Positions 11,603 through 18,970 of a DNA stretch of 24,000 nucleotides are shown piece by piece. How positions within the stretch are numbered: the stretch's first letter is position 1; each line of letters starts with the position of its first letter. Under the pieces are notes generated by a model. It was not told the origin of the DNA, ran no database searches, and was given only the letters and a program-made list of their open reading frames with translations. The stretch is from Ehrlichia ruminantium str. Welgevonden (GTDB lineage Bacteria > Pseudomonadota > Alphaproteobacteria > Rickettsiales > Anaplasmataceae). Location of the stretch: assembly GCF_000026005.1 (NCBI RefSeq), contig NC_005295.2, forward strand, positions 1,146,655 to 1,170,654, written 5' to 3'. A program made the translations under genes and the position numbers.

Positions 11603-12049
11603 TACAAAAAAAATATTACAAAACAACAGAAAACATAACTAGGCTACCATAATAACACAATGAGTCAACATAATTTCTATATTAAAACAGTTTAATAATA
11701 TACTCACAGTCTTATTAATAAATTAAGAACTATTATCATTACTTAACACTTACAATATACATAATGTACTATATAACTATTACTAATTATCTAATATCTA
11801 AATAAAGGAACAAATAAACAATTAATATATGAATAAACTCATCTTTTATATACCAACTACAAAGAAACGAATTACTATAATCTGATGTCCACACTTTTCA
11901 AGAAAAATTATATCAACATACAACTTAATCTGATACTTACAATTTTGCAATAAACACAATAAATTATCTAAATATTTACTAATATTATTAAAAATATAAT
12001 TTCTATTACTCAATTATTCTCCCACATTTATTATCAAGATTTAGACAAA

Positions 12050-12830
12050 TTAGTAACAGAACTATAGAATTAGTGCCTAATAATTAAATCAACTAAAATA
12101 GATGAACATATTCTCGAACATCTATTAACAATATTATAATAATAACACCATATAACCTTAACAATTATCACATACATATGTTATAATTTATATAAATGAT
12201 ACAGAGTTATAAGGTTAGTAATTTAGCAATTAAATTAATTAATATAGATAAGATCTATATATCTTTAAATACCTATTAACAACATTACAGCTTTATAATA
12301 ACATCATGTAACCTTAATAATTATTACACACATGTATTATAACTTTATATAAATAACACAGAATTATAAGGTTAGTCATTTAGCAATTAAGTTAATTAAG
12401 ATAGATAAGATATACATATCTTCGAATACCTATTAACAATATTATAGTTTTATAATAACATAATGTAACCTTAACAATTATCACATACATATGTTATAAT
12501 TTATATAAATGATACAGAGTTATAAGGTTAGTTATTTAGCAATTAAATTAATTAATATAGATAAGATCTATATATCTTTGAACACCTATTAACAATATTA
12601 TAGTTTTATAATAACATCATATAATCTTAATAATCATTATACATATGTATTATAAATATTTATATAAAGTGATCTAAACAATAAAACTCACTAAATAATA
12701 GATTGGCACATAATATTTAAAACATCTATTAATGTACTACAAATTTATGTAGTAACACTATATATTATCTAGTTATTTCTACAAATCATAAATATTTATA
12801 TAAATTGACAATAGAATAAAAAACACATCA
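12050..12830. repeat. Tandem array of ~151-157-bp monomers organised as a ~308-313-bp dimeric higher-order repeat, with decayed flanking copies
   Basis: The ctattaac motif occurs at 12122, 12273, 12430 and 12586, with a degenerate copy at 12726. Alternate monomers are near-identical (12152-12269 vs 12465-12582, 3 mismatches in ~118 nt by hand), while adjacent monomers are clearly more diverged. Degenerate copies are visible at ~12050-12120 and ~12660-12830. Confidence 0.9.
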
Positions 12831-13241
12831 TCTTATACAAAATTAACAATAATAAATAAAATTTATCTTCAATCACCCATTTAATAAAATACAAGTACCC
12901 ATCAGTATAACAATACTATCAAAATAACTTGTAATAAAATATCTCAGTCCTCACTGATGACACAATTGAAAACTAATCTAGTACAACTATTAAAAATAGA
13001 TGCAACACATGATAAATGTATTCAATAATTTACTCAACAAACATAAAAATTATAATTCAATTATGCTATTTCTTTAAATTATGATGTTTATTACATCCCA
13101 GCATCAGATTACTATAATCTATAACTAACACTACATATAGAACAAAAGAATATATACAACATAGATAAATTGTCTCAAAACAACAGTAATTGTATTACCT
13201 AAAAACTTATTACATATTTTTTATATATCAAAGAATGCAGA

Positions 13242-14993
13242 TTAATTAGAACTACCATCTGAAAAATTTTCATTTGATAACTGTAATTTCGCCAATTTGC
13301 TATACAACCCATCTTGTTTAGCTATTAACGACTTATGAGTACCGATATCATCTATACATCCATTGTTAAAAACAACTATCTTATCAGCTTTAACAATAGT
13401 TGATAACCTATGAGCTATTATTAGCATCGTTTTATTATTTTTTAAATTATCCAAAGCATCATGTATTAACTGTTCATTTTTAGAATCTAGAGATGACGTA
13501 GCCTCATCTAATATCAGCACCCCTGAATCTTTTTTTAATACAGCTCTTGCTATAGCAATTCTCTGTTTCTGCCCTTCAGACAAGCATAATCCTCGTTCAC
13601 CAACAAAAGTACTAAATTTATTAGGAAGACTTTCTATAAAGTCAAGAATACAAGCTGTTTTCGCTGCATTTTTTACATCTTCATATGTAGCATCTGATAC
13701 ACCATATGTTATATTCTCTAATATAGTACCAGAAAACATTACAGGATTTTGAGGTACAACAGAAAATAAAGAACGTAAGCTACTTAAAGATAAATCCTTG
13801 ATATTTATACCATCAATAGTAACATCACCTGCAGTAATATCATAAAAACGTAACAAGATATTTGTAATAGTACTTTTACCACTACCAGAAGGTCCCACTA
13901 ATGCAACAACCTGACCTTTATCTATTGAAAATGATACACCTTTTAATGCAGGATCATTTGGCTTACTAGGATAAGAAAATGTTACATTGTTAATTAAAAT
14001 TGCATCTTTTAATTCATCAACTATTTTTGGATTCTCTATTTCATGAATATCCAATGGCATTAATAATACCTTTGAAATATCTTCTGAAATTCTTACAGCT
14101 TTCTGTATGTCATGAAGATTATCTCCCATATTATTTACCGATCCAGCAGCTATTGCTGCATAAAATATAAACGAAAAAAGAGAACCGACAGTAATATTAT
14201 TATTCAATACCTCCTTGATACCTAAAGATAATACAAGACCTATAGAAGTCATTGCAGAAGTAATAATCAAAGTTACCAACAATGCACGCAGAATAATATA
14301 TTTATTTGTTATATTCAGTGAAACACCTAATAAATTAGAAAACTTTTGTTTTGTAGTATTTTCCTTAGAAAAAGATTGAATAACAGAAATACCACGATAT
14401 GTTTCTTCAACGAATGACGTTATCTCATCTGTTTTTAAACGTACTTTTTGCGACAGAAGTTTTACTTTTTTACCAAGAGAAGTTAATATTACTAAAATAA
14501 CTGGTATTACCACTACAGTATATGTAGTCAACTTGAAATTAGTATGTACTAACATTACAATACTACCTAACAAAGTAGTTGCATTTCTTAATATTGTTGA
14601 CATGCTAGCACTTAATATAACTTGAAGTGCTGACGTATCAGCCATCAAACGCGTTACTAAGCTTGAGATACTATTATTCTCGAAAAATCGTGGAGAAAAA
14701 TGTATTATCCTATTATATAAGTTTAACCTAATTCCAGTAATAACTCTCTCACTTCCATAACCCGTAAGCCACATTCGTAAAAAAGATGTTACTCCAACTA
14801 TTAAAACCACAATTAACAAAAACAATAATGCATTATTTATAGACGTAACACTGGATGTAGTAACCCAAGAATCAACTAAATTATGTAAACCATAACCAAA
14901 TGCCAAAATTGTAACAGAGGAAACAGCAACTACTAAATACGCAAATATAAAGTATAACAGGTAAGGCTTGACAAATTGAAATAATATTTTCAT
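13242..14993 (-). CDS. ABC half transporter, fused 6-TM permease + ATPase (ABCB/MsbA/Atm1-like class; subfamily not resolved)
   Basis: 583 aa with an N-terminal hydrophobic TMD. It has Walker A GPSGSGKST, Q-loop VVPQNP, signature LSEGQKQRIAIARA, Walker B VLILDEATSSLD and H-loop IAHRLST. Confidence 0.9.
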   Translation of the reverse strand: MKILFQFVKPYLLYFIFAYLVVAVSSVTILAFGYGLHNLVDSWVTTSSVTSINNALLFLLIVVLIVGVTSFLRMWLTGYGSERVITGIRLNLYNRIIHFSPRFFENNSISSLVTRLMADTSALQVILSASMSTILRNATTLLGSIVMLVHTNFKLTTYTVVVIPVILVILTSLGKKVKLLSQKVRLKTDEITSFVEETYRGISVIQSFSKENTTKQKFSNLLGVSLNITNKYIILRALLVTLIITSAMTSIGLVLSLGIKEVLNNNITVGSLFSFIFYAAIAAGSVNNMGDNLHDIQKAVRISEDISKVLLMPLDIHEIENPKIVDELKDAILINNVTFSYPSKPNDPALKGVSFSIDKGQVVALVGPSGSGKSTITNILLRFYDITAGDVTIDGINIKDLSLSSLRSLFSVVPQNPVMFSGTILENITYGVSDATYEDVKNAAKTACILDFIESLPNKFSTFVGERGLCLSEGQKQRIAIARAVLKKDSGVLILDEATSSLDSKNEQLIHDALDNLKNNKTMLIIAHRLSTIVKADKIVVFNNGCIDDIGTHKSLIAKQDGLYSKLAKLQLSNENFSDGSSN

Positions 14994-14996
14994 CTT

Positions 14997-15326
14997 CTAT
15001 ATCATAACATTAAATAACATATTAATTTCAGACTTTAAGAAGTGAAATAGCTCATCGTTGTTATTATTAACCCAAATATTTAGAGATTTATTATAACTGA
15101 AACGGACAGATCCACTAATAGGTGAAGCAACCCAAATCTGCAAAGAAGGCTCATGTTTGCTAACAATATATACATTACCTTTACCATCAGATATGCTAAC
15201 TATCCCATTACAATTTTCACATTCCAATATCCCATCTAAATCTGCAGCATCTATCATATTCACTAAAGTATCTAATACATTATAAGACAAGCTTTGAAAA
15301 TCAGACACACACAAAAAATGTGGCAT
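14997..15326 (-). CDS. cyaY: Frataxin-like iron-binding protein CyaY
   Basis: 109 aa. YIVSKHEPSLQIWVASPISGSVRFSY aligns with the E. coli CyaY core ([22 protein letters not shown], recalled from memory). An aggaag Shine-Dalgarno motif sits 6 nt upstream of the ATG. The stop lies 3 nt before the ABC transporter ATG. Confidence 0.8.
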   Translation of the reverse strand: MPHFLCVSDFQSLSYNVLDTLVNMIDAADLDGILECENCNGIVSISDGKGNVYIVSKHEPSLQIWVASPISGSVRFSYNKSLNIWVNNNNDELFHFLKSEINMLFNVMI

Positions 15327-15523
15327 TTATACTTCCTCGCAACATTATGTCAAATAAAAATACATGCACTTCAACAAGTATGAACCTTACTACAGAATCT
15401 TAAAAATAACAAATAAACCTATCCACTTTTCATTTATTAATATCATTAATAATATTATTTAATACAAAAATCAAGTTATTTACGATACATCCAAAAATAT
15501 ATACTACATTATTTTATAGATAA

Positions 15524-16789
15524 TTAAACCTTAAAAGTATCCGTCAATTCCTTAACTCTCCTTATGACATCTTGCTCAATAGATAATCTAACATCATCAG
15601 TAGTTTTTAAACTATCAATAACATCACATACCATATGACCAATCTTTTCAAATTCGGGCTCCTGTAATCCTCTAGATGTCTCAGCAGCACTTCCAAATCT
15701 TAATCCAGAAGTTACAAAAGGTTTTTCCGGATCAAAAGGAATAGCATTTTTATTACAAATTATCCCTAGTCTTTCTAACGCAAGCACTGCATCTTTCCCT
15801 GTAACAGACTTAGGACGTAAATCAACAACTACCATATGAGAATCTGTACCACCTGTAACTACATTAAGACCTCTTTCTTGAAAGACTTTAACCAATGTTT
15901 TAGAATTTTTAATTATCTGCTTTGCATAATCTTTAAATTCTGGTTTTAATGCTTCCCCAAATGCTACAGCTCTAGCAGCAATTACATGCATTAATGGACC
16001 TCCTTGCATACCAGGAAAAATAGAAGATTGAATCTTCTTATAAATATCCTCATGATTAGTCATTATTACTGCACCTCTAGGACCACGTAAAGTTTTATGA
16101 GTAGTAGATGTAATAACATGAGCATATTCAATAGGTGAAGGAAATTCTCCTGCAGCAACCAATCCAGCATAGTGCGCTATATCAGCTAAAAGATATGCAC
16201 CCACCTTATCAGCAATCTCTCTAAATCTTTTAAAATCTATTGTACGTGGATAAGAAGAAGAACCAGCAATAATCAGTGATGGATTATGGGATAAAGCAAG
16301 TTTTTCAATTGCATCCATATCTATCATACCAGTGTCACGGTCAACTTGATATTGTACAGCATTAAACCATTTTCCAGAAATACTAGGAGCTGAACCATGA
16401 GTTAAATGCCCACCACAATCCAAAGACATACCAATCACCGTATCACCTGGTTTAAGTAAAGCAGCAAACACCCCTTGATTAGCTTGAGAACCAGAATGTG
16501 GTTGTACATTAGCAAACTTACATCCAAATAACTTACATAAACGCTCTATTGCAATATTTTCTATAATATCTGCAAAATGGCATCCACAGTAATACCTTTT
16601 GCCAGGATAACCTTCAGCATACTTATTTGTAAATATAGAACCTTGTGCTTGTAAAACTGCTTTACTCACAAAATTTTCAGATGCTATTAATTGTAATTGA
16701 GAATTCTGTCTATTTGATTCATCAGTAATACATTTAAATACTTCCGTATCTACATCTTGTAAATCATAATCCGAGATATACCTAACCAT
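15524..16789 (-). CDS. glyA: Serine hydroxymethyltransferase
   Basis: 421 aa, collinear with GlyA. It has the PLP-lysine motif [13 protein letters not shown] and ELIASENF-like LIASENFVS. Confidence 0.97.
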   Translation of the reverse strand: MVRYISDYDLQDVDTEVFKCITDESNRQNSQLQLIASENFVSKAVLQAQGSIFTNKYAEGYPGKRYYCGCHFADIIENIAIERLCKLFGCKFANVQPHSGSQANQGVFAALLKPGDTVIGMSLDCGGHLTHGSAPSISGKWFNAVQYQVDRDTGMIDMDAIEKLALSHNPSLIIAGSSSYPRTIDFKRFREIADKVGAYLLADIAHYAGLVAAGEFPSPIEYAHVITSTTHKTLRGPRGAVIMTNHEDIYKKIQSSIFPGMQGGPLMHVIAARAVAFGEALKPEFKDYAKQIIKNSKTLVKVFQERGLNVVTGGTDSHMVVVDLRPKSVTGKDAVLALERLGIICNKNAIPFDPEKPFVTSGLRFGSAAETSRGLQEPEFEKIGHMVCDVIDSLKTTDDVRLSIEQDVIRRVKELTDTFKV

Positions 16790-16857
16790 AGTAATAATAA
16801 CTCCTGCATAAACATTATAAAAAATAAAATCTTAACAGCGTGTTACAAAACTGGTTA

Positions 16858-17481
16858 TTACTGGCTCTCTTCTGTGCCTTCTACTACAATTTCTTTAGCA
16901 CCATCGCCATCATTATCATTTGTGACGCTACTAAGCATTAACTCTTCATCTTTTTCTGTAGCACTTACTTCATCCTTAGCTTTTTCTTCTTTCTTTTGCT
17001 TATCTAAATGCAACTTCTGCGCTTGCATAGCTCCTAAATCATTTTTTACAACGTAAAGCATCATAGGAACTACAAGATCATGATGAAGTTCTAAATTAAC
17101 TACATACTCACCAATATACTTAATTACAGAGTGAAAAAATATGTTATGATAATGTATATTATATCCTTTATCAGATAATAGCTTAGATATACACTTCGGT
17201 GTCACCGAACCAAAAAGCTTACCATCATCAGCTGCTTGCCTTATGATAATCAGGAATTCATCTTTTAAAGACACTTGTAAAGCCTTTGCAGCCTCTAATT
17301 TTTCTAAATTCTCTTGCTGAATAGAGATATGTTGCTCTTCCAAGATCTTAAGATTCTCTTTAGTGGCTCTTACTGCTTTTTTCTGTGCTAATAAATACCT
17401 AGCATACCCTGGTTTTACTTTAGTGACCACTCCCGCTTTACCAAGATTTCTAACACTCTCCTTGAGAATAACTGATAACAT
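16858..17481 (-). CDS. rplI: 50S ribosomal protein L9 with an acidic C-terminal extension
   Basis: The N-terminus MLSVILKESVRNLGKAGVVTKVKPGYARYLL is typical of L9. The gene sits at the conserved rpsF-rpsR-rplI position. It is 207 aa versus ~150 aa for typical L9. Confidence 0.9.
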   Translation of the reverse strand: MLSVILKESVRNLGKAGVVTKVKPGYARYLLAQKKAVRATKENLKILEEQHISIQQENLEKLEAAKALQVSLKDEFLIIIRQAADDGKLFGSVTPKCISKLLSDKGYNIHYHNIFFHSVIKYIGEYVVNLELHHDLVVPMMLYVVKNDLGAMQAQKLHLDKQKKEEKAKDEVSATEKDEELMLSSVTNDNDGDGAKEIVVEGTEESQ

Positions 17482-17502
17482 ACCAACCTATAACATAAAA
17501 TA

Positions 17503-17790
17503 CTAACAATAAGGCAACAGAGCTAGATAACGTGCCCTCTTTATAGCAGTAGATAATAATCTCTGTTTCCTAGATGAAACTGAAGTAATCCTACTTGGCA
17601 ATATACGCCCATATTCTGAGGTAAATTTAGATAATAAAGCTTTATTCTTATAATCTATATCCTCATTTGCACATTGCTCTAATGGACAAGCTTTAGATCT
17701 CCTAAAATACGGCCTTTTCAAATAAGCCAAAGGAGAATATGCTGTACCACCTGAACTATTAGAACCTGTCTTTTTACCTTTTTTCAACAT
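17503..17790 (-). CDS. rpsR: 30S ribosomal protein S18
   Basis: [32 protein letters not shown] matches the conserved S18 C-terminal core. It lies 11 nt downstream of rpsF. Confidence 0.92.
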   Translation of the reverse strand: MLKKGKKTGSNSSGGTAYSPLAYLKRPYFRRSKACPLEQCANEDIDYKNKALLSKFTSEYGRILPSRITSVSSRKQRLLSTAIKRARYLALLPYC

Positions 17791-17801
17791 AATAACACCA
17801 T

Positions 17802-18131
17802 CTATGCTTGACTTGCTTGTACCATTAACGAGTCACCTTCTGGTAACTTATCTCTCTTAAGACATAAGAAGCGTAAGACATCTTCATTTAATCTTACCTT
17901 ACGCTTAAACTCATCCATACTAGTAGAAGATGACCTGATATACATCATACAGTAATGCCCTTTGTTCATCTTATCTATTGCATAAGCAAAATCCAAGAGT
18001 CCCCAGTATTCATACTTAAGAAGTTCAGCACCATTTTTTGTCAATAAAGACGATAAACCTTTCACTAACCCTTCTAACTCATATTGAGTTAAACCTTGTT
18101 GCGCTATAAAAGTAAACTCATATAAAGGCAC
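17802..18131 (-). CDS. rpsF: 30S ribosomal protein S6 (GTG start)
   Basis: [14 protein letters not shown] is an S6-type N-terminus. The start codon read from the sequence is GTG (18129-18131), preceded by a strong aaggag Shine-Dalgarno motif 5 nt upstream. Confidence 0.92.
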   Translation of the reverse strand: MPLYEFTFIAQQGLTQYELEGLVKGLSSLLTKNGAELLKYEYWGLLDFAYAIDKMNKGHYCMMYIRSSSTSMDEFKRKVRLNEDVLRFLCLKRDKLPEGDSLMVQASQA

Positions 18132-18161
18132 ATCTTCTCCTTAACAAAAACTAATGATGCT

Positions 18162-18189
18162 AGTATATAAAATATTACATGATAATCAA
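18162..18189 (-). promoter_or_regulatory. Candidate sigma70-type promoter for rpsF-rpsR-rplI (TTGATT-N16-TATACT)
   Basis: On the minus strand, ttgatt (18189-18184), a 16-nt spacer and tatact (18167-18162) sit ~30 nt upstream of the rpsF GTG. This is a motif match only, in A+T-rich DNA where such matches are common. Confidence 0.3.
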
Positions 18190-18257
18190 GTTAATTATTT
18201 TATCTTATCAGAGGTTTTTTATAACTTAAGTACCATTAGATAGATGAACCTATTATC

Positions 18258-18869
18258 TTAATTTTCATCTTCCATATCTTTTTTATACTTACCAGATTTC
18301 TTTTTATCCTTATTTATAGACTTTTTATCTATTATATCCTGTAAAGTAGACTCTAGCTCTTTGATCTTATCATGAGTAGATTCTGGTACAACCTCATCTA
18401 TATAAGTATTAAAGATATAGAATATATTATAATAATATGAATCTAAGAACCAATTTGGTAATACTTCCTCATCTTCTTTTGCTGCAGGTAATAATGCATA
18501 ACAGGAAGTTTGAATGATAAAAAACAAAATATAAGAAAAAACTACACCCTTCACTAACCCTATCAACAAACCTCCAAATCTATCAACAATACTACATCTA
18601 GCTGAAGAAAGAAGGCTCATAACCCAACCATTAACAATTATTGCAGTAATAGTAATAAAAATAAATACAGTAATTGCTGACAATATTCCTGCTATAACTT
18701 CAGAAGTAACATACTGATTATACAACTCAGCAAAGCAATCCCTATATCGTACAGTCAACAATATAGATATAAAAATACTAGTTAAACCAAATACTTCCTT
18801 AATAAAACCTCTTAAAACACCAATTATAATCGATAATAATATAATACCAATTACTGCTAAATCTAGCAT
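18258..18869 (-). CDS. cvpA: CvpA family membrane protein (colicin V production protein homologue)
   Basis: 203 aa with about four TM segments. The N-terminal DLAVIGIILLSIIIGVLRGFIKEVFGL resembles the CvpA consensus (..LIRGFVRE..). Its start is 12 nt downstream of the TRAP stop. Confidence 0.85.
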   Translation of the reverse strand: MLDLAVIGIILLSIIIGVLRGFIKEVFGLTSIFISILLTVRYRDCFAELYNQYVTSEVIAGILSAITVFIFITITAIIVNGWVMSLLSSARCSIVDRFGGLLIGLVKGVVFSYILFFIIQTSCYALLPAAKEDEEVLPNWFLDSYYYNIFYIFNTYIDEVVPESTHDKIKELESTLQDIIDKKSINKDKKKSGKYKKDMEDEN

Positions 18870-18970
18870 ATCAATCCTACTTCATTTTATAGTATTATTT
18901 CTTCTAGTTTGTAAGAAGATAACTACTAACAGTAACACAATAGCTATTAAATAAATACAAATAACATGAT
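18813..18970 (-). repeat. Left (functional) arm of an inverted duplication: TRAP 3' end + 12-nt spacer + cvpA 5' end
   Basis: The reverse complement of 18813-18970 aligns by hand with the plus strand 21873-22033 at roughly 85% identity (see findings). Confidence 0.8.

Noticed and set aside
9923-11638. Four 63-66-aa ORFs inside or antisense to sdhA (9923-10114, 10290-10490, 11221-11412, 11438-11638)
   Set aside because: All are embedded in the strongly supported sdhA CDS (alternative frame or antisense) and have no independent signals. The same reasoning applies to 333-515 in ruvB, 16874-17056 in rplI and 19942-20160 in the TRAP gene.
16816-16845. Possible intrinsic terminator after rplI (minus strand taaca-cgc-tgtta followed by agattttattttttat)
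   Set aside because: The stem is only 5 bp with a single G:C pair, which is too weak to call despite the U-rich tail.
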